32,000 nt of DNA from Ignicoccus hospitalis KIN4/I (GTDB lineage: Archaea > Thermoproteota > Thermoprotei_A > Sulfolobales > Ignicoccaceae). Positions within the stretch are counted from its first letter, which is position 1. The number at the start of each line of letters is the position of its first letter. The notes below the pieces were generated by a model that saw nothing but the letters and a program-made list of their open reading frames with translations, did no database searches and was not told where the DNA came from. Shown here piece by piece: positions 1 to 7,737 of the stretch. The translations under genes and the position numbers were made by a program. The stretch spans positions 1-32,000 of the forward strand of contig NC_009776.1 of the NCBI RefSeq assembly GCF_000017945.1. The letters are read 5' to 3'.

Positions 1-118
1 GCGTCGGAGCCCGGCCTCCGCTCACCCTTACGTCGCCCCTTTCAAACTTCCTCATCCGGTCGGCTGTTCCGTTTCCGGTCATTTCTAAACGAGATCTCCT
101 GACTCCCTTACTCCTCAT
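1..118 (-). CDS. Partial uncharacterised ORF running off the window (N-terminus MRSKGVRRSRLEMTGNGTADRMRKFERGDV...)
   Basis: ATG at 118-116, 25 nt downstream of the infB stop. Open for 39 codons to position 1. Too short to identify. Confidence 0.25.
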   Translation of the reverse strand, partial: MRSKGVRRSRLEMTGNGTADRMRKFERGDVRVSGGRAPT

Positions 119-142
119 CCCGGAGAGGGAGAAACGAACCGT

Positions 143-1972
143 TTAAGAGCTGGGCGAAGGCAGCACCACTCCGTAGAGCGGGTTCTGTTTCCTCTTAATT
201 TTTATTATCTCTTGTAAGACGAACTTCTCGTCGTCGCTGAGCTCGTTCTTGAACTTCGTCAACCAGAGCTTGGCGTGCTCCGCCGGGACGTCCGTGTACA
301 ACACGTCGCCCTCGTGTATGTGTCGCCCGACCATGACCCTTCCCTTTATTGAAATAGCTACTTGTTGACCAGCCCTCGCCTCGGGGACGCTCTGGCCCTT
401 ATCTTGGATCTGGAGTATGCTGCCAACCCTAGAGCCGTCCTCCTTCATCAGCGGGTACTTCGGTTTTATCACGCCTCCCAGAACCTCGACGCCTACTATC
501 GCCGGGTCACTCCTTCTAAACACGAAGCCGGGGAGTATCCTTATCTTCCCGGGTCTCACGAGGGTTTCCAAGACCTTTCTCTTCTCCTCCTCGCGGAGGG
601 CCTTCAACCACTCCTCGAATTCCTCTATTAGTCTGTATATCACGTTGTGCTGGAATATCTTTATGCCCTCCTTCTCCGCCAGTTCCTTTGCTTCTGGCAA
701 AACTTTAACGTTGAACGCTAGTATCACTCCATATTCTTTGTTCTTACTCTTGACAGTCATAGCCTCTACTATGTCTCTCTTAGTGACAGGCCCAACCCTG
801 GCCATTCTAACCGGTATGCCCCTGTTCTTCAAGAACTGTACCAACGCCTCGAGAGTTCCGAGGGTGTCTGCCTTAACTATCACGCCTTCCTTATCCGTCT
901 CTATCATTACCTCTTCTACTTCTCTCTTTACTTGTTCTTTCAGCTCTTCAAGCTTCTCCGGGCTGTCCACGACGTAGACCGGTGCGCCGGCCACCGCCTT
1001 CTCCAAGCCGGGCGCCACTATCTTCACGCCCGCTGCGGCGCTCACCTCCTCCACGGGTTCGAACCTCTTAGTGGCCCTCATCTCGGTCAAGGGGGCAGGG
1101 ACGAGTAGGGCCCTCACCTTAGTCACGATGGGTCCTTCTATTCCGCCGACGACTATAGTATCTCCTTGCCTTATTATGCCATCATAAATTATCGTGTCTA
1201 TGGTAGAGCCGTAACCCGGCTCCTCCTTAACTTCCATAATAACTCCCTTGGCCGGGCCCTCTACGTACTTAAGCCTCCCCTTCATGTACCTCTGGGCCAA
1301 GCCAGCGAGCACCGCTAACAGCTCCGGTATCCCCTCACCGGTCTTAGCGGATATCGGGACTATCGCTATCTGTCTAGTGAAGTTAGTTATCCTATCGAAT
1401 CGTTCACTGTCAAAGCCGAGCTTTGCCAGCTCCCCCATAATTTCGTATATCTTGTTGTCTAGTCTCTCCCTCACCTCCTCGCTCTGCTTTCTATAGCTAA
1501 TCAAGAATGGTTGGTCGGGGTAGGACCTCCAGCCGGGTATCCGGTCTATTTTGTTCGCCGCTACCACGAACGGAACTCGCCTCTGCTTGAGGATCTCCAC
1601 GGCTTCGTACGTCTGCGGCTGAAAGCCCTCGTTTAAGTCAACGACGAGTATCGCCAAGTCCGCGACCGCGCCGCCCCTTCTCCTCAAGTTCGAGAATATC
1701 TCGTGGCCTGGGGTGTCAATGAACAGCAGCCCGGGGAGTTCCAGCTTTACCGTAGGGATTATCTTCTTTAGCGGTTCCGTAACTTTCTCTATGACGTCTG
1801 TGGGAACTAGGCTAGCGCCTATGTGTTGGGTTATCTGGCCGGGCTCCTTCAAGGCTACTACGGTACCCCTTATCTTGTCCAACAGCGTAGTCTTTCCGTG
1901 GTCCACGTGACCCAGTACGGCTACGATAGGTTGCCTCAGCCTAGGCCTCTGCTCCGCGCTCAAGTTCAACAC
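143..1972 (-). CDS. infB: Translation initiation factor aIF5B (IF-2 family GTPase)
   Basis: 609-aa ORF. P-loop VLGHVDHGKTTLLD, switch II DTPGH and NKID G4 motif, followed by the long beta-barrel/helical C-terminal half typical of aIF5B. GTG start at 1972, with TTG at 1969 as an alternative. Confidence 0.95.
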   Translation of the reverse strand: MLNLSAEQRPRLRQPIVAVLGHVDHGKTTLLDKIRGTVVALKEPGQITQHIGASLVPTDVIEKVTEPLKKIIPTVKLELPGLLFIDTPGHEIFSNLRRRGGAVADLAILVVDLNEGFQPQTYEAVEILKQRRVPFVVAANKIDRIPGWRSYPDQPFLISYRKQSEEVRERLDNKIYEIMGELAKLGFDSERFDRITNFTRQIAIVPISAKTGEGIPELLAVLAGLAQRYMKGRLKYVEGPAKGVIMEVKEEPGYGSTIDTIIYDGIIRQGDTIVVGGIEGPIVTKVRALLVPAPLTEMRATKRFEPVEEVSAAAGVKIVAPGLEKAVAGAPVYVVDSPEKLEELKEQVKREVEEVMIETDKEGVIVKADTLGTLEALVQFLKNRGIPVRMARVGPVTKRDIVEAMTVKSKNKEYGVILAFNVKVLPEAKELAEKEGIKIFQHNVIYRLIEEFEEWLKALREEEKRKVLETLVRPGKIRILPGFVFRRSDPAIVGVEVLGGVIKPKYPLMKEDGSRVGSILQIQDKGQSVPEARAGQQVAISIKGRVMVGRHIHEGDVLYTDVPAEHAKLWLTKFKNELSDDEKFVLQEIIKIKRKQNPLYGVVLPSPSS

Positions 1973-2005
1973 CTCTGCAAGTCGGGGCGAAGAGGGATTA
2001 AGATG

Positions 2006-2096
2006 TGGAGCCGCCGGCGGGATTTGAACCCGCGACCACCGGCTCTCTCGGAGGGCCGTACGAGGCCGGCGCTCTGCCGGGCTGAGCTACGGCGGC
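2006..2096 (-). tRNA. tRNA-Thr (anticodon CGU) with a 14-nt intron and encoded CCA
   Basis: Manual fold of the reverse complement. Acceptor GCCGCCG/CGGCGGC, D arm GCTC-AGCCCGGCA-GAGC, anticodon stem CCGGC/GCCGG, loop CUCGUA..A, variable loop TGGTC, T arm GCGGG-TTCAAAT-CCCGC, discriminator U, CCA. The 91 nt include the intron. Confidence 0.9.
2045..2058 (-). other. tRNA-Thr intron (CGGCCCUCCGAGAG) at the canonical 37/38 position
   Basis: Anticodon-loop CUCG pairs with intron CGAG to give a 4-bp central helix. It is flanked by two 3-nt bulges (UA|C and AG|A), which is a bulge-helix-bulge motif. Confidence 0.8.
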
Positions 2097-2120
2097 CCGC
2101 CGGCTGGTCTGAAGAGTCCA

Positions 2121-2131
2121 TTAAATATTTT
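2121..2131 (-). promoter_or_regulatory. TATA-like box for tRNA-Thr
   Basis: AAAATATTTAA on the minus strand, 25-35 nt upstream of tRNA position 1 (2096). Confidence 0.4.
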
Positions 2132-3431
2132 ACAGCGGTATCTTCTTGCCAGGGTTTAATATTAGGTTGGGATCAAGGGCCTTCTTGATCGCCTTCCACA
2201 GCTCCAAAGCCGGCTCGTCGACCTCGCAGCCTAGCAAGGCCAGCTTGAGGAGCCCTATCCCGTGTTCGCCGCTAACTGTGGCCTTGTACCTTTTACTCAT
2301 TTCGCAGATGATCTCCTTGGCTTTTTCGATAGCCTTTCTAACCCACTCCTCTCCCGGAGGGTGAAGCAAGTTTACGTGCAAGTTGCCGTCGCCGGCGTGT
2401 CCGAAGACGGCCACCTCCCAGTCGCGAGCGTTCTCATAAACGAACTTTATCGCTTCTGGCAAGAGGCTAACCGGAACCGCGACGTCCCAGTCTGATCTAG
2501 AACCCTTCACGAGCGTGAGGGAAGGACCGGCCAGCTTGCGGTACTTCCACAACGTCTCTGGATCTTCCTTGATACCTTCATACTTATCCAAGATTAGCTT
2601 CGTCTTTTCAGAGGAGCGCTCATCGTCGAACTCAACTAACAATAAGTATTTCTCCGGCATTTTCAAGGACATATCAGTTCTAGAATTTACCGCCCTCACT
2701 GTCTTGGGATCCATGAATTCCAGCGCAGATGGCGCTAACTCTAGGATATCCAAGACCGCTTCGCCCATCTCCTCTGCCTCTTCAAATAGCAACAAGACAG
2801 CTTCCCTCCTCTCGGGAACCCTCGAGAGCGTGAGCAAGGCCTTGGTTACTATGCCTAGAGTGCCCTCCGATCCCACCAAGAGTTGGTGGACCCTCAACCA
2901 CGTGCTGCTCTTCTTAGCCCACGCCCCGCTCCACACGACCTCTCCGACGGGCGTAACGAACTCGAGCGCCCTCACGTGGTCAGAAGTCAAACCGTACTTG
3001 ACGGCCCTTATCCCGCCGGCGTTGGTGGCTACTACGCCGCCTACCGTAGCCCACTCCACGCTGCCGGGGTCCACGGGGAACCAAAGGCCGTATCTTCTTA
3101 AAACATGGTTCAGCTCTGAGAGCCTCCAGCCAGCTCCCGCTAGGACTAACTTATCCTTCTCAAAAACCTCCAAGTCCAGCAAGAGCGAAGTGTCTACGAC
3201 TATCCCGTCGAAAGGCAAGGGGGAGCCCACGAGGCTCGAGCCCCCGCCATAGGGGTAAACTGCCACCTTCTCCTTGTTAGCCCACCTAATTACTTTCGCC
3301 ACCTCGGCTGCGTCCGAGGGGAACAAGACGGCTTGTGGGAGGTTCCCGCGGAGCGGCGAGGCGTCGGTAAGGTAAGCCCTCAACAAGCTCTCGTCGTCTA
3401 TACAGAGCACGTCGAGGGGAGGGCAAGCCAT
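2130..3431 (-). CDS. FAD-linked oxidase (GlcD / D-lactate dehydrogenase family)
   Basis: 433-aa ORF. FAD-binding PCMH-type region (YPYGGGSSLVG, VATNAGG) and C-terminal GEHGIG motif typical of this family. Confidence 0.85.
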   Translation of the reverse strand: MACPPLDVLCIDDESLLRAYLTDASPLRGNLPQAVLFPSDAAEVAKVIRWANKEKVAVYPYGGGSSLVGSPLPFDGIVVDTSLLLDLEVFEKDKLVLAGAGWRLSELNHVLRRYGLWFPVDPGSVEWATVGGVVATNAGGIRAVKYGLTSDHVRALEFVTPVGEVVWSGAWAKKSSTWLRVHQLLVGSEGTLGIVTKALLTLSRVPERREAVLLLFEEAEEMGEAVLDILELAPSALEFMDPKTVRAVNSRTDMSLKMPEKYLLLVEFDDERSSEKTKLILDKYEGIKEDPETLWKYRKLAGPSLTLVKGSRSDWDVAVPVSLLPEAIKFVYENARDWEVAVFGHAGDGNLHVNLLHPPGEEWVRKAIEKAKEIICEMSKRYKATVSGEHGIGLLKLALLGCEVDEPALELWKAIKKALDPNLILNPGKKIPL

Positions 3432-3441
3432 GGGCGCTTCC

Positions 3442-3864
3442 TCAGACGAGGTAGAGTATCTTACTCTTAGACGTTTCCTCGAGGTATCCTTCTCTCTTGG
3501 AATTCATGTATATTCCCATCTTATTCGGAGTTATTATCACGTAATCGTAAAGGAAGCTGCCGGGCGTAACTACGGTTAGGTACTGCTGAACGTCCAAGTC
3601 AACGGCCCTTATCTCGAAGCCCCGGTAAACCCTCCGGTCGTTGGCTACCATATCTACGGCAGGGGGTCGCGTCAACGTGGGCAGACGAGCGTAAAACGCG
3701 TAAAACGCCCTGGTCTTCACGGTAGGCTCGGAGTAACGGACTTCGCTGTCCTTAGGCAAGGTCACGCTCCGCGCGTCCAACACTATTGAATCTGCCACGA
3801 TCAGGGCGTTCCCACTAACGTCCAGCTTTAACGAATATTCCTTAAACTTTATGAAAAACGGCAC
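3442..3864 (-). CDS. Hypothetical protein (beta-rich, no recognisable motif)
   Basis: The ORF is open to 3972, but 3936-3972 overlaps the tRNA-Met gene. ATG at 3921 lies 15 nt from the tRNA and upstream of the only A/T block. GTG at 3864 sits 31-38 nt downstream of that block, so I prefer it. The start is uncertain. It lies 10 nt upstream of the GlcD-like gene on the same strand. Confidence 0.5.
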   Translation of the reverse strand: MPFFIKFKEYSLKLDVSGNALIVADSIVLDARSVTLPKDSEVRYSEPTVKTRAFYAFYARLPTLTRPPAVDMVANDRRVYRGFEIRAVDLDVQQYLTVVTPGSFLYDYVIITPNKMGIYMNSKREGYLEETSKSKILYLV

Positions 3865-3887
3865 GTGGCCCCCTCCGGGACCGTGAG

Positions 3888-3902
3888 AAAAAAACTTTTT
3901 AA
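3888..3902. promoter_or_regulatory. A/T block (AAAAAAACTTTTTAA), candidate shared TATA for tRNA-Met (+) and the 3442-3864 ORF (-)
   Basis: It is the A/T-rich stretch nearest the two divergent starts, lying 34-41 nt from tRNA +1 and 31-38 nt from GTG 3864. Confidence 0.35.
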
Positions 3903-3935
3903 CGGTATCCCTACTCCCCATCACCGGAGGCCTGC

Positions 3936-4012
3936 GGGCCCGTAGCTCAGCCAGGCAGAGCGCCGGGCTCATAACCCGGTGGTCCGGGGTTCGAATCCCC
4001 GCGGGCCCACCA
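3936..4012 (+). tRNA. tRNA with CAU anticodon (elongator Met or Ile2), encoded CCA
   Basis: Manual fold. Acceptor GGGCCCG/CGGGCCC, D arm GCTC-AGCCAGGCA-GAGC, anticodon arm CCGGG-CTCATAA-CCCGG, variable loop TGGTC, T arm CGGGG-TTCGAAT-CCCCG, discriminator A, CCA. G1:C72 argues against an archaeal initiator, which has A1:U72. Confidence 0.9.
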
Positions 4013-4022
4013 CCCCTTCACG

Positions 4023-4610
4023 GTGATGCGTTTGATAGAGGTCAGAATTACGGAAGAAGGGTTAGGCATCCCAACGGGCGTCGTGCCGTCCTCGGTCGTA
4101 GGGATACGCAAGGGCGACCTACTCTTCCTCCACCCCCTGGAGACGTTATACCTAGTCCTCGAGGGGGAGGCGAAAGTACTAATAGACGACGAAGAGATAA
4201 AAGACTTCAAGGAAGCCCTCTCGAGAATAATCGAGATCGTGAAGACGTGGTGCATTAAAGAGAGGAAGGGGTGTTACTTGGCCAACGCGTTCTGGTCCAT
4301 GTTTACGACATACTACAAGCTCAGAAGGAAGGGGAGGAAGGTGTTACCCGAAGGGAGGAGGGAAGGAACGCTGATAGAAATAAGGAAGAACAAGTGGTGG
4401 GCAGAGTACTTGGTCTTAGAGGAAGGCATAAAGATCTCCATCGCACAGCTCCTCGAGTGGGTAGAGGAGGTTAGGGCCAACGACCTCAAGGCGATAATAG
4501 CAGTCGTAGACAGGAACGGGAGCGTGACCTTCTACGAAGCGAGCAGGGTCACCTTGAGGGCGCCCGATAAACGCTCGGAAGGAGGCCGAGTCGCTTCAAC
4601 CGCTCCATGA
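4023..4610 (+). CDS. tRNA-splicing endonuclease family protein, probable non-catalytic (structural/beta) subunit
   Basis: LHPLETLYLVLEG matches the EndA N-domain LSLVEALYL-type motif. The C-domain pattern YYKLRRKGRKV...EYLVLEEG...LKAIIAVVDRNGSVTFYE parallels M. jannaschii EndA (YKDLRTRGYIV...HSVYLV...KLLIAIVDADGDIVYY, from memory). The catalytic Tyr and His positions are replaced. GTG 4023 or ATG 4026 lies only 10-13 nt after the tRNA. The 3' end overlaps the convergent radical SAM gene by 62 nt. Confidence 0.6.
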   Translation: MMRLIEVRITEEGLGIPTGVVPSSVVGIRKGDLLFLHPLETLYLVLEGEAKVLIDDEEIKDFKEALSRIIEIVKTWCIKERKGCYLANAFWSMFTTYYKLRRKGRKVLPEGRREGTLIEIRKNKWWAEYLVLEEGIKISIAQLLEWVEEVRANDLKAIIAVVDRNGSVTFYEASRVTLRAPDKRSEGGRVASTAP

Positions 4611-5286
4611 TTGGGGGGTACAACGTCAAAACCTCGAACTCCACGTCGCCAAGCAACGGATGTATTTCCTCGAGCCTCTTGATCAGATCGGCGTACTCTT
4701 GGGGGGTCCCGTAGCCCAAAACCACCGCAGCCCTAACCATCTTAGGATCGACCCCCTCCTCGATCAAATTTTTCAACGCCCTTATTTGGAGCTCAAAGGC
4801 CTCCTTCTTGGCCCCCGTAACCCTCGAGAAGGCCTCGGGCGTCGGGGCCTTTATCGAGACCCTCACGAACACTTTCCTCTTGACTAAATCTTTGGCCAGA
4901 GACTTGTCATAACCTATCAATATTCCGTTGGTTTCTAACACAAAGGTTAGGCCGGCTTCGTTCACCAAATCGATAACTTTCAAGAGGTGGGTCGGACAAA
5001 GCGTGGGTTCGCCTCCGCTCACCCTTGCTAGCTCAAAGCCCCTCTCTCGGGCGATCCTTATCAACTTCTCAGCTACTTCGCTAGGAGAGTAGAACTTCGC
5101 CGTCCTCGGTATCCCTCTGGTAGCCTTCCAGCTCCAACAAAAAGCGCACCTCAGATTACAACCGACAACGTCAGCAGTCGAGATGCCGCCGTAGAACCTC
5201 GTCCCCCGGAACCTATAGTAGAGCCTCTCCTCCCCTCTACAGACGGACGAGGCGACCTTCTTGCCCAACTCTACCGGATCGTACAT
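4549..5286 (-). CDS. Radical SAM protein (function unknown)
   Basis: 245-aa ORF with CNLRCAFCWSW (CxxxCxxC cluster motif) and an SGGEPTL glycine-rich SAM motif. Confidence 0.85.
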   Translation of the reverse strand: MYDPVELGKKVASSVCRGEERLYYRFRGTRFYGGISTADVVGCNLRCAFCWSWKATRGIPRTAKFYSPSEVAEKLIRIARERGFELARVSGGEPTLCPTHLLKVIDLVNEAGLTFVLETNGILIGYDKSLAKDLVKRKVFVRVSIKAPTPEAFSRVTGAKKEAFELQIRALKNLIEEGVDPKMVRAAVVLGYGTPQEYADLIKRLEEIHPLLGDVEFEVLTLYPPIMERLKRLGLLPSVYRAPSR

Positions 5287-5290
5287 GGCC

Positions 5291-5671
5291 TCAGTCTTGG
5301 CTGACCGCTAGGGTGGCCGGCCTCTCGCGGACCTCTATCTTTAGGAACCTTCTGGGGTTTACCTTGGTTTCGTCCATTACTTCCAGCACTTTCTTCTCAA
5401 GCTCGAGTCGAGTATCGGGGTCCAACTCTCCAGCTATGTCCACGTCGGTGAGAATTACTCCTCTTGGAGTCCTGAAGCTTCTTATGGATACCAACCTGTC
5501 GTCGCCAACTAGGATCCGGATCTCATCCAATAACCTCGCCCAGAAGAGTGCAGGGAACCACCTTCCAAACAACCTTATCCTCGTAATCTTGGTTATGCCC
5601 AACCTTTGCTCGCCGCTGGCTTGACCTTCCTCCGGAACCGCTCTGCCTTGGAACGTTAACCCGCTACTCAA
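5291..5671 (-). CDS. Hypothetical protein
   Basis: 126-aa ORF with a TTG start at 5671. An A/T block lies 33-42 nt upstream. It ends 4 nt upstream of the radical SAM gene on the same strand. No motif recognised. Confidence 0.55.
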   Translation of the reverse strand: MSSGLTFQGRAVPEEGQASGEQRLGITKITRIRLFGRWFPALFWARLLDEIRILVGDDRLVSIRSFRTPRGVILTDVDIAGELDPDTRLELEKKVLEVMDETKVNPRRFLKIEVRERPATLAVSQD

Positions 5672-5703
5672 AAGCGCGCTCCCTGAAGCGTCCTTCGCAT
5701 CGC

Positions 5704-5713
5704 AATTATTTAA
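5704..5713 (-). promoter_or_regulatory. TATA-like box (TTAAATAATT) upstream of the 5291-5671 ORF
   Basis: A/T block overlapping the topoisomerase stop codon, 33-42 nt upstream of TTG 5671. Confidence 0.3.
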
Positions 5714-7683
5714 CCTTTAAACGTAGGTTCCGACAGTAACGCCTTTGCGACCTCCTTGGCCGCCGTCCCCGCTTGCTTTAAAGTCGTTACCTTCTTTAGG
5801 TACTCTTCAAAGCTTAACCCCAACCTCCTCCTCCAGACGGGGTACTTCGCGTAGAGCTCGTCCCTAGCTCTCTTGTGTACGACGCAGAGCCCGTCCTCCT
5901 CGGCCACCCTCCAACAAACCGCACACCTCCCCGGAGGCTCCATTTCACCCAGAGAGTAAGCAAGGTATTCGCCCACCTCTCTCATGTGAGGTTTATACTT
6001 GGCCAATATCATTCTCATGAACTTCTTAGCCTCCTCAACTATCTTTTCCTTACGTTCCACGCCCATCATAATCTTTTTCATATCTTCTTCGAACCTCCTA
6101 GTTAGTTCAACGCTAACTATTTCGGGAAAGAATTTGCTGAGCACCAACGCCACGCCTATCCCCAGGTCGGTCGCGTATACTTTCGAACCAACATTCTTTA
6201 GATACCCCCTCTTGAACAAGGTCTCCACTATTCTGGCCCTAGTCGCCTCGGTCCCTATTCCAACCCTTTCCATCCACTTGACTATCTTCGCCTTGGTGTA
6301 CCGCTCTGGGGGCTTTGTGTACTGCAACCTCCTGGTGCACTTGACTTGGAGGCTCTCCCCTTTAGTAAAGCTCGGCAAGCTCTTTTCTTGAGGAGCCGAG
6401 AAGGGATAGTATAGCGTCCAACCCTTCCACTTGACCCTCCTACCCACGGCTTTGAAGGTCTGACCGTTAACCTCTATCACCACTTTGGTTACTTCATAAA
6501 CGCTTTCGGAAGCGAGGGTTGCCATGAACCTCCTCACTATTAAGTCGTATACCTTCATGTGGTCTGGACTCAAGTTCTTCGGGGGCTTCCCCGTAGGGTA
6601 GATCGCCGGGTGGGCCGGGTCGTCCTTGGGTCCGTTGTTCGGAGAGAAACGTCCCCTGGTTTCCTTGAAGAGGGCCTTGGTCAAGGGGCGGTATTGAGGA
6701 ACTGAGGCAATGCCCTTTAGTATGTTCGCGTAATCCAAATCCTTGGGATATTTTTGGCTATTCGTCCTCGGGTAGGAAATGTAGGCGTCGAGGTAAAGCT
6801 CTTCGGCGATGCTCTGAGTCTTCGAAGGCGAGAAGCCGTAGAGCCTCGCGGCCTCCATTTGGAGGTCCGGCAAGTTGAAGGGGTGTGGAGGTGATAGCCT
6901 TTCGTCATTTACGATGACGTCAACTACTTTTCCGAGGCAGTTTGAAATAAAGTGGTCTGCCTCGTCCTTTGTTTCGAACTTAAGTGTGGGTTCGAGGGAG
7001 ACTCCCTTAGCGCTCAGTGAGACCGAAAAATAGGGCTCCGGGACGAAGCACTGGACGGCGAGCTCCCTCTCCACCACCTCCTTTAAGGTGGGGCTCTGAA
7101 CCCTTCCGGCTGACAAACTCTTGCTCTTGCCGGTGGCCACCCTGTAAGCGTGCATCAGAGCTCGAGAGACGTTGATCCCCCAGATCCAGTCCAGCTCATG
7201 TCTCGCCAACCCCGCGTTTATCATCTCCCAGTCGAGCGGCCTCAGGCTGTTCCACGCCCTACGTATCTCGTCCGGAGTTAAGGCGTGGAAAACCATCCTC
7301 TTGCTGCGGCGGGGGTCCCCGAACCTTTCTATTATTATATACCCTATAACGGAACCTTCCACGTCATAGTCACACGCGTTAACGTAGAGGCTCGAACCGG
7401 GACTGAGGCTGCTGATCAAAGCTATGTATTTCTTCGTGTGGGAGGCTCCCTTCTCGATTTCGTAAAGAGGACGCCATTCGTAGTCGAAGACGGGGAAGCC
7501 CTTGCCCAGAGGGGCTAGGCCGAACAGGTGTCCGGCCGCCGGTACCACGACTATCTTCTTGCCGTTTGTTAGTTCCCAATAAGGGACGCCATATTTCCTT
7601 TTGACTATAGGTTTGCCGAGAGCGTTCGCTATTTTCTCGGCCGCCTTAGGCTTCTCTGCGATTACTAGTATATGGCCTTTCAT
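5710..7683 (-). CDS. topA: DNA topoisomerase, type IA (archaeal Topo III / TopA-like)
   Basis: 657-aa ORF. TOPRIM N-terminus (ILVIAEKPKAAEKIA, acidic DYDVEGS), catalytic-Tyr motif YISYPRTNS, and a C-terminal Cys/His zinc-ribbon-like CAVCWRVAEEDGLCVVH. Confidence 0.95.
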   Translation of the reverse strand: MKGHILVIAEKPKAAEKIANALGKPIVKRKYGVPYWELTNGKKIVVVPAAGHLFGLAPLGKGFPVFDYEWRPLYEIEKGASHTKKYIALISSLSPGSSLYVNACDYDVEGSVIGYIIIERFGDPRRSKRMVFHALTPDEIRRAWNSLRPLDWEMINAGLARHELDWIWGINVSRALMHAYRVATGKSKSLSAGRVQSPTLKEVVERELAVQCFVPEPYFSVSLSAKGVSLEPTLKFETKDEADHFISNCLGKVVDVIVNDERLSPPHPFNLPDLQMEAARLYGFSPSKTQSIAEELYLDAYISYPRTNSQKYPKDLDYANILKGIASVPQYRPLTKALFKETRGRFSPNNGPKDDPAHPAIYPTGKPPKNLSPDHMKVYDLIVRRFMATLASESVYEVTKVVIEVNGQTFKAVGRRVKWKGWTLYYPFSAPQEKSLPSFTKGESLQVKCTRRLQYTKPPERYTKAKIVKWMERVGIGTEATRARIVETLFKRGYLKNVGSKVYATDLGIGVALVLSKFFPEIVSVELTRRFEEDMKKIMMGVERKEKIVEEAKKFMRMILAKYKPHMREVGEYLAYSLGEMEPPGRCAVCWRVAEEDGLCVVHKRARDELYAKYPVWRRRLGLSFEEYLKKVTTLKQAGTAAKEVAKALLSEPTFKG

Positions 7684-7710
7684 GCGTTCTCCGCAACTGT
7701 ATTAGCCCTT

Positions 7711-7720
7711 TGATTATAAC
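7711..7720. promoter_or_regulatory. Palindromic A/T block (TGATTATAAC), candidate shared TATA for topA (-) and the 7738 ORF (+)
   Basis: It is the only A/T-rich element in the 54-nt divergent spacer. It lies 29-36 nt from the topA ATG and 19-26 nt from TTG 7738. Confidence 0.35.
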
Positions 7721-7737
7721 TCGACGGGCCGCAAGCT

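Noticed and set aside
417-977. 186-aa ORF on the + strand, antisense to infB. The 362-631, 1248-1496 and 1713-1910 ORFs are similar.
   Set aside because: It lies wholly inside the well-supported aIF5B gene. The Ser/Thr/Leu/Pro-rich low-complexity translation is typical of shadow frames in GC3-biased genes.
1823-2188. 121-aa + strand ORF spanning the tRNA-Thr gene. The 102-aa minus-strand ORF at 3947-4255 and the 3922-3972 extension of the 3442 ORF span tRNA-Met in the same way.
   Set aside because: They read straight through tRNA genes that fold convincingly, so these are artefacts of GC-rich structured RNA sequence.
2515-3252. 245-aa ORF antisense to the GlcD-like oxidase gene.
   Set aside because: It is a shadow ORF with a Ser/Thr-rich translation and no motifs. 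The opposite-strand gene has clear family signatures.
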